Positions 13,591 to 24,799 of a stretch of 64,000 nt of DNA are shown here, one piece after another (within the stretch, counting starts at the first letter, position 1; every line of letters starts with the position of its first letter). The position numbers and the translations under genes were made by a program. The DNA comes from Carcharhinus amblyrhynchos. Lineage: Eukaryota. The stretch covers positions 43,152,001 through 43,216,000 of the forward strand of contig OZ336876.1 of the NCBI GenBank assembly GCA_965287045.1, read 5' to 3'. The notes under the pieces are model-generated. The model ran no database searches and was not told the origin of the DNA. It was given only the letters and a program-made list of their open reading frames with translations.

Positions 13591-14300
13591 TATTTTAGGA
13601 AGGAATACTCACCTTGAAAGGTAGGCATCGTAAGGTAACCAAAATGATACCTGGAAATCAAGTGTTAATTTACAAGTAGTGATTAAATATTGTATTTCCT
13701 GGTATTTAGAAGGTTGAGGTGACTTGATGGAACTTTTCAATAAATAAAGGGGAACTGATGTGGCAGAGAGAGAGAGAACAATTTCCATTGGTAGGGGATT
13801 TCAGATTCAGTAGGTATAGTCTAAAATTTGAGCCCGGTTTCTCAGGAGTGAAATTAAGAAACAGCTCTATACACAGAGAGAGTCGCAGAAGTTTGACATT
13901 CACTCCCGCAAAAGACCATTGCTGTTGGACCAATTGTTGTTTTTGAGTCTGTAGTTAATAGAATTTTGTCAACCAAAGGTATTAGAAGAATATGAGACAA
14001 AAGGCAGCTATATGGAATTCAGCCATAGATTCGATGGAATGGTGAAACAAGCTAGAAAGAATAAAGGTCCTAGTTTTGTTCCAATTTTGTACAAATCAAA
14101 GCATAGTAAGGCACTGTCAAAATTGACATCTAGAATGGGCTTTGGGTTGGGCTTGTGGCTGCTATCACTAAGTTACTTTGGAAAATAGTGGCAATGAGAT
14201 GACACTGGGCAGCAACGTGATGGGGCATTACAGGTCATTCAAGTTGGATTGAATAATCTGTTTCCAAACTCTAACTCAAATGTATTTCTGCATTCTAGAT

Positions 14301-14345
14301 TTGACATGGCCATCAAATATTATTGACATGGCCATCAAACTATTA
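14301..14345 (+). repeat. 22/23-bp tandem duplication
   Basis: ttgacatggccatcaaatatta followed by ttgacatggccatcaaactatta. Confidence 0.9.
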
Positions 14346-14732
14346 AATCCGGGGTCAGTCATCGACCTTAACACAAGAGAAACAAAGGGAACTTGAGAGG
14401 AAAAGTTTGTATGATTTCAAGAAGGAGATTCTTCAAACGTCAAAATAGATAAAATTTGCTGATCAATTATCCTGAAAAGATAATTAGTTTCCGGGCCTTA
14501 CTTATTCAAAACGGAGAGAAAATTATTCAATGCAGCTGTAGGATGATGAACTTAATTTTATATACATGAAATTGGGAAATTATAGACAAATCAAAAAGCA
14601 ATCTATTATTTGTCAGGATGGACTGTGCAAATTACAGGAGCTCAACAGAGGCTCAGTTTTGAAAATAAATTCATGGGTATGATATTAATTATGTGTTCTA
14701 AATATAAAGATAGGTCATCAATGTTGACAAAA

Positions 14733-14870
14733 CCCTGATAAAAAGGTCATCGACCTGCAATGTTAACTCTTTGTTTTCTCTTCACAGATGCTGCCTGACC
14801 TGCTCAGTATCTCCAGCATATCTTGTTGTATTTTTCAGATTTCCAGCATCGGCAGTACTTTGCTTTTGAT
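14733..14870 (+). mobile_element. Short repeat family B (Penelope-associated, degenerate hammerhead core)
   Basis: ctgataaaaaggtcatcgacctgcaatgttaactct...cacagatgctgcctgacctgctcagtatctccagcat; homologous to 26690-26790, 47165-47625(-), 50495-50660 and 50795-50890. Confidence 0.7.
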
Positions 14871-14966
14871 GTAAGTAACATGTTGTGATGAGGACAGTAA
14901 TAAAATTAGGATTGAAACTGAAAGCAGATGGAGTTACTTTGCCTATGAATATTATATTCACAGCTG

Positions 14967-17454
14967 ATTGTGCAAGTGATGAATTTACAAAACTGATGCC
15001 AGCCTTTTATGCTTTTTTTTCAAGTGTGGCTTTCTCAGCAGAATTGAAAATGATAAAACAAGGCTAAAATGTTGATATTTTTGAATTATCTAAGGACTTT
15101 ATGCTATTGAGACAGATTCTATTCATCCATTTAAATATCAGCAGAAGGAATTATGTGATAGGGATTAAATAATGAGGCTGGGACAGATGGCCTACAGGGA
15201 TCCTGATTTTCAGGAAGGAATGATTATATTGCTTATTCCTAGTTGTCTTGAAGGGCATTAAGAGTCACCCATTCTTTCCCTACTTAATCACATGAATAGT
15301 AGCCTAATGATTAACTGGACTAACAATCTAGAGATATTGGCAATGATATTAACATCTCCAATATCGATGGGAGGTCACATAAGCAGGTGGGGGGCAGGGG
15401 GCTGGTGTTGGGGTGTCAAGTTTAAAAACTTCATATCAAGGAACCTATCTTCAACCGTCTGTGCACATCACTGCTGCCATTGTTCCAGCTCTGGGGTACA
15501 ATGTTTCTGTGGTATATATGCCCCATCTTGGAGAGGCAGGACACTTCATGATGGGTCTGAACTTCGGTGGAGTGCCAGTCAGATTTTGATTCCGACTCTG
15601 CTCTTAGTTTTGTACCCGGAAGTAAAGTCACTCCTTTCTTGCCTGAACTGCCCAGTGTGGCAAGTTCCTGAGCTTTGTGTCGAAGGTTGAAGGGTCAAAG
15701 CTAAGGGAGCCAGGGCTTTTTTTTAAAAATAGCACTAGCTATTGTAAAGCAGATTGGGTTTTAAGGTCCAGTCTTCTTCAGAGGATGAGGAGAAGGTAGG
15801 TTTGTAAGGTAAGTGGGTAGGATTTGGTGAAGGGTGTAAGGGGCATTGGGCAATCGATTGATGGTAGGACAGGCTGGTTCAGTTGGTTGGGAAGGGCATC
15901 AGTTGATCAGTAGGAGTGTGGGGGAAACTCTGCAGTGGTTTTAAGTCTAACTTTTCCCAGGTAACCATTCTGGTAAGACTATTGGGACTATCCAAAGTTT
16001 ATACCGTACCTTTGGATGGTTCCCATTGCAGGGCAAACAACAGAAGTTTGAACTTCCCAGGCAGTTACCATGCAATTCTTACCTGGAGATTTCCAGGGAA
16101 CGGGTTCCCTGGTGCATCTTTAGAGTCTAGAAATGCTTCCCAACCAATTACAATATCTTGGACCTTGGAAGCTGTTGGCCAATATTTAAATCAGACTCCC
16201 ACAACACAGTCAGGAGCCCAATTTAAATTTAGCAACTGCCTGTCAGCTTTCCCAGCTTAGGAAAATCCATCTGTAAAATGAAGATGGTAGTGACTAGCTG
16301 CAGCAGGTTGGTGTTTTTAAAGCACAGCTTACGGGGCAGGAGGAGCCTCAGTGCTCCCTGACCCCTCTCCCAGTCTTTCATCTTCATAGCTCCCAATCCT
16401 GCTGCCTTTGTGTTGATGTCATTGGTGATCGCCTCCATAATTGCACACATGCATGCACGCATGCACACACACGCATGTGGCCCACCCTATGATAAGTCAA
16501 ACTCTCACCCCCAACCATACCAGCCATGCTTTTTATCCTTGTGCCCTGTGATCATTCAAACTTTGATCTTTCCTTCCCTCTGTTTGCTGAGCTCCCACAA
16601 TCCATCCTCCTGACTGAGATTTTTCCCTTACTCTCTCCCATTTCCCAAACTCTGACCACCTCCACCACCCAGTCCATCCCCCACTAAACACTAACTATTC
16701 CCACCAAACTAACACTGAATCCCCCTGACCTCCCATGAAACATCAGTCTTTCCCATTTGCCTAAGCTGAGAAGCTGCGTTCCTTTCATTGACATTTTCAC
16801 CTGCTCAGTCTGTCATCCTGGAATGAAAGAGGAAAATTATAACAAGGTTCTGACATTAAATTTAGCAGGTCTTCTATGTAGTGAGGATTCCTAGGTTTCT
16901 CCCTTCTCTGCTCCCTACCCAATTCTGCCAGGAAAAGTACTGCTCCACTCTCACCCACCTCTCATGAAACATTCCTGTCCCATGTTCTGATCACACTAAG
17001 TTGTCAAACTGAAAGGACCAGAAAAAACTATGACCATGAAATGACTATGACTATGCTGAATTCTATTTAGCACCCTAATAGATCACACATGTCCCTCAAG
17101 GAAAAGAACCTTCCATCCATGCTCAGTGACTTAATTCCCACATTATATGGTGCACTCTTAATGCCCTTCAAGGCAACCTGGAATGGGTAATAAAAACATT
17201 TCCTCCTGAAATCCAGGACCCCTATGGGCCATCTGTCCCAGTCTCATCATTTAATCCCCATCATATAATTCCTTCTGCTGTCATTTAAATAACTGAATAG
17301 GATCTGCCTCTGTAGCATAACTTCCTTACATAATTTAAAAAAAAATCAACATTTGAGCTTTTTTAAAACTATTTTAGATTCTGCTGAGAAAGCGACATTG
17401 AAGGAAAAGTAAAAAAAAGCTGGCATCAGCTTTTAAATTTAGCACTTGCACAAT
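14967..17454. repeat. Diverged ~300-bp inverted repeat (arms ~14967-15265 and ~17154-17454)
   Basis: E.g. cagcagaaggaattatgtgatagggattaaataatgaggctgggacagatggcc versus ggccatctgtcccagtctcatcatttaatccccatcatataattccttctgctg; colinear over the whole arm with scattered substitutions. Confidence 0.9.
16443..16478. repeat. Imperfect (CA)/(ATGC) microsatellite
   Basis: gcacacatgcatgcacgcatgcacacacacgcatgt. Confidence 0.7.
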
Positions 17455-17749
17455 AAGGGCTTCTTATGTCCAGGCACATTAATCACCTGTATATTGAATG
17501 CTTTGATTCATATAATCATTTGGGTTCATACATGGAATCCATGTGGTCTATTCTGATTGAATCTAGGATATCCTTGCAATTTTGGAATCTCTGCCAGTTG
17601 GAAAAACATTCTGTACACAACTGTTGCTGGGTACTCCAAAAGGCTGCGGCTGCTTGGCTGACTGAAATTTTCAAGGATGAGGGCAAGAATTTTTTTTTAG
17701 GCTAGAGTTCTGGAGAAAAGATGAACGGACAGTTTTCTCGGCTCTAAAG

Positions 17750-17895
17750 GTGTCAAGCGGTATGGGGAGAGCACTGGAGTATGGTATTGAGATAGAGGAT
17801 CCTCCATGATCATCATGTTGAATGGTGGGGCAGACTCAAAGGGTCGAATGGCCGATGCCTGCTCCTATTTTCTATCTTTCTCTGAACCATGATCA
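17750..17895 (+). mobile_element. CR1 3' terminal fragment
   Basis: ggtatggggagagc..ggagtatggtattgagatagaggatc..catgatc..ttgaatggtggggcagactcaaagggtcgaatggccgatgcctgctcctattttctat, a typical CR1 3'UTR. Confidence 0.75.
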
Positions 17896-18668
17896 AACTT
17901 AATGGTGCAGATGGTTCACGGCCCTGACTGGCCATCTTTTATGTTGCTTGAAAGCTGTGAAGATGTTTTCCTTGGTAAACATGGGCTGGCACATTTATAG
18001 ATCCTGTAGGTGCAGGATATGAGGGGGTAAAATATCAGAAGGAGGGATGGGGGTGCATGCTCATCTTCCTGCTGCCATGGCAACTGGCCAATGAGGGAGG
18101 CAGCAGTAAATGGCTTTCTGCCCAGAGTCACTTAAGTGGCAATTAAGAGCCTCTTCTCACTTCTGTTATTTTACCAGCAAAGGGTGGGCTCTCAGCCACA
18201 ATGGGAAACTGGCTGGCAAACTCTGGCAACCTCCCTGAAAGCTTGGTTGTTGTTGAATGGGCAGTGCAGGGGAGTGTCATCTGATCGAGCATTTTTTAGT
18301 TCACAGAGGGTCACCCCTGCAGCAATGGTTGCTCCTATGGCAACTGGCAACACTTCACCCTAATCAACCACCAGGTCCCTCTGCCAGGCATGCCTAATTG
18401 GTAGTGGTGACCTTTGGCTCCACATGATTTGTTCTGAGGAAAGTTTGATATCCACTGGTGAGTCTTTTTCATTGGGTTCAGCAGTGGCTTCCAATTGGCC
18501 AGCATCTTAGAGGCAATCTTTTGGTTACTTAATGGTTGGGATCCCTGTTGGTAGCTCATTGGTTACCTGATGGTGATAAAACCTGGCCCAGGCTCCCTAA
18601 GCAGGCAAGGCAGGGTTCCCCTGGCTTTCTGGCCTGTTGCCAGGGTCATTCCTGTCCAACAAAGTCTC

Positions 18669-18860
18669 AGTAAGAAATCTCACAACACCAGGTTAAAATC
18701 CAACAGGTTTATTTGATAGTAAACTGACAAGCTTTTGGGGTTTGCCCCTTTGTCAGGTGAGTGGAGAGTTTTACTATCAAATAAACCTGTTGGACTTTAA
18801 CCTGGTGTTGTGGAACTTCTTACTGTGTTTACCCCAGTCCAACATCAGCATCTCCACAAT
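18669..18860. mobile_element. Palindromic short element family A (Penelope-type inverted pseudo-LTR) with TSD
   Basis: Arms agtaagaaatctcacaacaccaggttaaaatccaacaggtttatttgatagtaaa and ttttactatcaaataaacctgttggactttaacctggtgttgtggaacttcttact, plus tail ccccagtccaacatcagcatctccaca; flanked by aaagtctc at 18661 and 18861. Confidence 0.75.
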
Positions 18861-19726
18861 AAAGTCTCAACCAAGCTGTCTGTCAGATATCCTTCTGTGA
18901 ATGGAAGACTGGTTGAGTTGGTGATGTTTCTTGTGTCACCAGGAAGAATCCTATAACATGAAATTTTAATGCTGTTCTTATCTTCACAAGCATTGACTGC
19001 ATTGCATTGGACTAGTACCTGTGATAGACTGATTACGTTATAGCAGGTCATCATTATAACATGGTCACTGTCTCTGCTATGGTGCAAATACGGAAGCTGG
19101 AGCTCTTCTGATCTCCCAGAACGATAGCTGAACACTGGGATAGCTCCAAAATGTAAGCAGGTCTTCAAGGGCCTGAAGATAGTGTGCCCTCGTCATCTTA
19201 ACCTCTTCTTCCTTATGACACAGTATAATTAGAATATCCAATTGAGTTCCTATCCTTCCACCTTGCTGCTTCATACTTTGAGTACCGTATCAACAATGGC
19301 TGAAATTGTAAGCTTGAAAAATATGAACTGCAGAACAAACTAAAGGAAAAAAAAGAATAAATGAACTGAACGATATGTACAATGAGGCAAAATGCTATTA
19401 TTCTGTCCACAAAACCCATCGGTGAAAATTCGACAACACGTAGCTTAAAGGCAATGCCCAAAGCAGGCAAGATCCATTTTGCAGACAAGTGCCCATTTTA
19501 TATTGGCAAAGACCATATTGTAGATGTTGTCGCAGATGGACACTGTTCTCTCAATTTTTATTGAAAGGCACAGGCAATTTGTTTAAGTGTGCGTCCCTTT
19601 TAATTTTGTTTTTGCATGGTTGTTGCTGTACATGTCCACTTATTCAAACAGGCTGACAACTTGCGTGCAGCTGATGAGTAGGACTTTCAGGTTGCAGTGT
19701 GAACAGGCAGCTTAGAAGGCACATTG

Positions 19727-19938
19727 AGAAGTCTCACACCACCAGGTTAAAGTCCAACAGCTTTATTTGGCAGCACGAGCTGTCAGAGCGCAGCTCCTTC
19801 ATCGGGTGAAGGAGCACCTGATGAAGGGGCAGCACTCTGAAGGCTCATGCTACTAAATAAAACTGTTAGACTTTAACTTGGTGTTGTGAGACTTCTTACT
19901 GATGCTGCCCTAGTCCAGTGCTGGCATCTCCACATCAT
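19727..19938. mobile_element. Palindromic short element family A, with hammerhead-like cores in both arms
   Basis: An ~85-bp arm and its reverse complement meet at ~19810; ctgatga at 19818-19824; same tail (ccctagtccagtgctggcatctccacatcat); degenerate flanking duplication agcttagaaggcacat / agcttagagagagcacat. Confidence 0.75.
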
Positions 19939-20390
19939 AGCTTAGAGAGAGCACATAACCACATTTTAATCGCTTGAACAAGTAGTGTGTTGCAGGCTTT
20001 CAAAGCTGCTTTTGGACTGCAAAACTGCCAGTCTGAAAGTCAGACTCGGTACAAATTCAGCGCTATGAAAGCTTATTCTAAACCTGCCTAGCTTGGCACT
20101 AGTTACGGAATCTCAGAGAACTTATCTTTATAACTCGATAGTCAGATGTCTATCCAAATGTAACTTCACTAACAGCAAAAGGACGCAAGACCATCTCAGT
20201 CATACTTAGCTTTCATCTGAATTGAAATCCAAGGATTTAGATTTGAATTATATTAGTTTTTAAGATATGTCACTTCCTCAGCTCCATCCTGGCCAATTTC
20301 CCAGGCTGGGCAGACAGCCAGTTTATCTTGTCAATGGCTACACAAGTCTTTTCCAGTCAGCCTCCAGGTCAGTGCAAGCAACAAGAGACA

Positions 20391-20426
20391 CTGTAGCTGC
20401 CTGGAGTCAGCCTCCTGGTGGCGCCG
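20391..20426 (+). promoter_or_regulatory. Candidate CTCF-binding site
   Basis: cctcctggtggcgc (20411-20424) matches CCASYAGRKGGCRS at 12/14 positions, with an upstream ctgtagctgcc resembling the U motif. Motif match only. Confidence 0.4.
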
Positions 20427-21752
20427 CCAGTGCTTTAGGCAGACATCGAGGCCCTCCCTGGATTCAGCTGTAGCCAAAAAAAACACCCTGTCGTGTGGTT
20501 CGTTTTGTAATCTTAAATACCGCTAGCACATCACTCTGTGATCTCCTCTATTCAATTGTACTTCTTCATATTTAGCAGGATTTAGTGAACCTGCACTATA
20601 CCTTGTCTATTATCTCAATATCCTTCATCTAATGTGGAACCAGAAAATGCACACAATATTCCAACTCTAGATTATTCATTAAAAATGAATGTTTAATCTT
20701 GACCTTCATATTCTATACCTTGCCATAAACCCAGTATTTTCTAATGGCTGTTAATGTCTTGTCAACATAATGGATATAGCAGAGCCTGTTTTTTAGACGT
20801 TAGGATTAAAACACTCACTGGAACAGAGAATGCAATGCTGCACTAAAACTGTTAAAATTGTTCATTTTTTCAGCCCTGAGCCTGTAACATGTACACTAAT
20901 TTTAAAATAGCCATATTACATGCATCAGAAAATTCAGTACAATCTTTCAGATTCAACTCTCGTATTTCTTAATTTGATCACTTTAATCAGGTTGGCCAAA
21001 ATACATTCTGACAACATGATCTTTAGCCAATTCTTTTTACAAAGAGAAAAATAACACATTTTGCAAATGTTACATTTTTGTCAGTGACTATTTTTAAGCT
21101 GCATAACCTCATTTTGAAAAATATTGCACTATATTTCAGTAAGAACCTTGTTAAATGCAAGTGACACATTCACACTAAACAGCTTCAGCTCAAAACACTT
21201 GAGCCTCCCTATCTTTGACAACCAGCTGGTTTGCAGGAAGGCTGCCATGTAACCCAATTTTTTTGTGGTGTCTTTTCATAGCATCCATAATTATTGACTT
21301 TGGGATTGATGAATGCGTGATACATAATTTACTGTGCTAAAAATATTACTTCCTTTTTACAATCAGGAATGTGTGTTTTCAATAGAATAATTATCACAGC
21401 ATTCATCCTTCAGAAGTGCAGCAACCCTTGACTACAACACTATCAAAATGTGCCAGCCATCCAAAATGTAATGTTAAATGGCTCTTTGAATAATTATACA
21501 AAATACCCTCTGTGCCATTTACCTTTTCCATCATAGCAAAACAAATAAGTATCAAATGTGCCATTCAGCTAAGTCCAAAGGGAGACCTGGTATCCATAAC
21601 ATGCATTTTCTTTTTGGCAAATAATTTCTAACAGATACCTTTACTATTTCTAGAGCTTAGTATATTACTATTGGTTGAAATGTGGTTCAAGGCTATTTTT
21701 CACATCAGGTAACCTAACATTATGATTTTCATTATATTGCCTGGCGGTTATT

Positions 21753-22140
21753 AGAACAAAGAGAACAAAGAACAAAGAACAAAGAAAATTACAGCACAGG
21801 AACAGGCCCTTTGGCCCTCCAAGCCTACACCAACCATGCTTCCCGACTTAACTAAAACCCCTTAACCTTCCGGGGACTATATCCCTCTATTCCCATCCTA
21901 TTCATGTACTTGTCAAGATGCCCCTTAAAAATCACTACTGTATTTGTTTCTTCTACCTCCCCCGGCAACGAGTTCCAGGCACCCACTACTCTCTGCGTAA
22001 AAAATCTGTCTTGTACACCTTTAAAACTATGCCCCCTAGTAATTGACTCTTCCACCCTGGGAAAAAGCTGACGATCCACTCTGTCCATGCCTCTCATAAT
22101 CTTGTAGACTTCTATCAGATGGCCCCTCAACCTCCGTCTA
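21753..22140 (-). mobile_element. CR1 3' fragment with (TTCTTTG)n tail
   Basis: ORF RRRLRGHLIEVYKIMRGMDRVD...TRGHSFK...RFFTQRVVGAWNSLP; agaacaa repeats at 21753-21787. Confidence 0.9.
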
Positions 22141-22302
22141 TTTTTGCACAAATATCATTCATCATTCAACATCACAAGATAATAAACTACTATATTAGCA
22201 AGAAAGATTTCCAAATTATCAAAAAGCAAACTTAAAATATTCAAATCCATAAAGACTTGCATTCCATCACAGTGGGTGGGATCTTGCTGTAGAAGATAAT
22301 GT

Positions 22303-23452
22303 ACAGCTAACAGAGTTCACTGTTACTAACATTCTGCGACTATATACATACAGTTGAATGTTAAAATCAGGAAGTTATTTTCCAAGTTATCCTGCTTCTC
22401 CAGGGGCTGCACTACACTGGTGTCTCATTGAGAGTCTTTCCATTGATGTACATGGAATGTAATGAAATTGCTCGATTAAGTCAAATAGGTACACACTAAT
22501 GTCACCAAAGTTGGGGCCTATTCATTCAAGCGTAAGTGTACTTTTAATAGCAGAATAGTTGCTCTGGAACTGAGGATTAACTTTTATAATTGTGGAATTT
22601 AACTTTTTATTGTGATAAAAAATGTCTAGTTTAAGTTTTTTTCTGTTAAATCTCATCTTTTCTTTATTCTGCTTTCTGCACCTGATTTGACATTGAACAT
22701 AATATTCTAGTTTGCACTTCTTTGTTCGGACCTCGTTAACGGTTATTCAATCTGCTATTTCAAGAAATACTCAGTTGTTTACCATGTTCATGCAGGTAAC
22801 AGATCCCCTGCTTTGATCATGGTGCTGAAGTGGATGTCTAATCATTGCAAAAATACCCATAATAGAAAGGTGACACAGCTGATGCCTCCCAATGCAAGTG
22901 CATGGATAACTGAGCTCATGAGTCAGTTTTACAGGACAGATGGCAGCATTTCATATCCCTGGGAAGTCAGAACATAGGTCAAGTGAACGCACTCCTGCCC
23001 CCAGTCCTCATGCTTAGGGAATTACGCGGGTCATTAAGGTGGATGTGCACCTATCAAGTGGAGTTGAGACTCATTGGTAAGGAACTCACACAGGGAATGT
23101 ACACGGGTGGATATCCTGGATCCTGACTGGGCTATGGGTTAGGGCATTGTCAGGACTCCTCAATGCTCCCATTTCTGTTTGTCTCCTTTCAGATTATGAA
23201 TCAAGAGAATTATGGAGCCCGTCAAGCTGACAGTGTTATTGATTGCAGTGGACTAACTACAACAATGTCAACATGTGTCTGCATATGGATACAAGCATTC
23301 CATGTACATCAATGGAAAGACTCTCAATGAGACACCAGTGTAGTGCAGCCCCTGGAGAAGCAGGATAACTTGGAAAATAACTTCCTGATTTTAACATTCA
23401 ACTGTATGTATATAGTTGCAGAATGTTAGTAACAGTGAACTCTGTTAGCTGT
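22303..23452. repeat. Near-perfect 157-bp inverted repeat (arms 22303-22459 and 23296-23452)
   Basis: The arms are reverse complements with a single mismatch seen (gcgac vs gcaac); 836-bp spacer. Confidence 0.95.
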
Positions 23453-23454
23453 CT

Positions 23455-24140
23455 GGCACACAAGTGGATACAGAAGGTGACATGCACTATTTGTGAGGGC
23501 TCACCAATACATCAACTTTGACCGGGACCAGGTGAGCCAATGACATCAAGCCAATGGGCTTCGCCTACATAGCTATTTTGTCCAAGTAAGCAGTGTCTTA
23601 GACTGCAGCAATGTGGCTTGTATTTCCCATGGTAACATGAGGCATCCTTTATTAACTATCCAGATTCCACTCCCTCAATGCAGACTATGTGTGACCATGA
23701 TATATGCATTACGCAGGCATGTGCCTGCTTCCTAAGGAGCATTCATGATAGATACATTCTCATATGCTCACAGATCCCAGCTGCATTTGAGGGACAGCAG
23801 TGGTTGGAGGGATAGTTCCTTGGGGATAAAGCGTATCCCCTCAGGAGGTGACTGATGATGCCAATGTGGAGGCCACCTGCTAACACTTGCTACAATGAAA
23901 CTCATGCATTTACATGTATGCTGATCAAGCAGGCAATGGACATGTGAAAGATGCGGTTCTGGTGCCTGGACCAGTCGGAGGATTCCCTCCAATAAGCTCC
24001 CAGAAGGTATTGTGCATCACTGTGGTGTGCTGCACTCTGCACAACCTGACATTGCAATGGGTCAAGGAGCTGGATGAGGAAGACATGGAGGACCACCACA
24101 TCTCCTCAGATGAGGATGTTGACGAGGGCAGCAACCAGGA
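23455..24140 (+). pseudogene. PIF/Harbinger DDE transposase remnant (HARBI1-like)
   Basis: Ordered motifs: VLDCSNVA (~23595; cf. AIDCTHV), FHSLN (~23666), SIHDRYIL (~23738; cf. GS.HD), FLGDKAYPLRR*LMMP (~23816; cf. LGDSGYPL..WLMTP), QKVLCITVVCCTLHN (~24001) and an acidic tail. Contains stops and frameshifts. Confidence 0.85.
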
Positions 24141-24799
24141 CTAAGGTGGCAAGAATTGTCCCCCCCATAGGGTGCAAGCCCATTTGACTTGTTTCCTGCA
24201 GCAGGAGGTCATCGTGTCCATACTTTCATGGGCAGGGTGTGAAAGCACTATGAATGGATGATGCAGGAAAATGAGGATGACTTGGAGCAAGGACAGAGCA
24301 ATGCTTCTCTTATCCTCTGTGAATGTCTTAACCCCGCCTCACGGAGACCTGAGCGTGATCTGCCAGTGAATAGGGTATCGGAGGGTGAGGGGATGCTGAA
24401 TGACATACCTCAACTACTACTGTCTCCTCTGAGGTCAGGGGTCCCTATGTGCATCTCCACCTACCTCCCACTGAGGAGATGGGCAGACTCTCAAGCTTTC
24501 AGCTGATGGCTTCCTCACAATGAAAGGATGTTGCTACAAATGAGAGGCCTAAGTAATGCTTGGAGTATGGGCAGTTGGGGGTTGGGGGGCGGTGGTCAGT
24601 GTCAGGATCAGCTTGGTATTATTCCATCAACACAGTAGGAGGGGAGAATCATTGACCGCACGAGCTACTCGATGGATAATGAAGAGGGGGCGGGGAGGGT
24701 GTCATGGTAAGTGTTGGGGCTCCATGAGCTGGCTGGGAATTAATCATTGTAGAGATGTGAGGGGTATGTGAACAGATACAGCAGGAAACATGTGGAGGC

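Larger units (their letters stand above)
11850..14080 (+). mobile_element. Highly decayed CR1 LINE with nested SINE and Rex1 inserts
   Basis: Remnants of CR1 RT motifs: gactggaaaattgcttatgta (DW.IA.V), tgcctgaccaatctgatt (CLTNLI), gatttctagaaagctttgg (DF.KAF), aggttgaggtgacttgat (RLRGDLI). Confidence 0.7.

Noticed and set aside
18669-19938. Recurrent palindromic repeats as a possible CRISPR or REP-like array
   Set aside because: Eukaryotic intron, no regular repeat-spacer periodicity, no cas genes; better explained as dispersed retroelement copies.
22303-23452. 157-bp arms as TIRs of an autonomous DNA transposon
   Set aside because: No TSD, no ORF in the spacer, and the adjacent Harbinger transposase lies outside the arms and is far more decayed.
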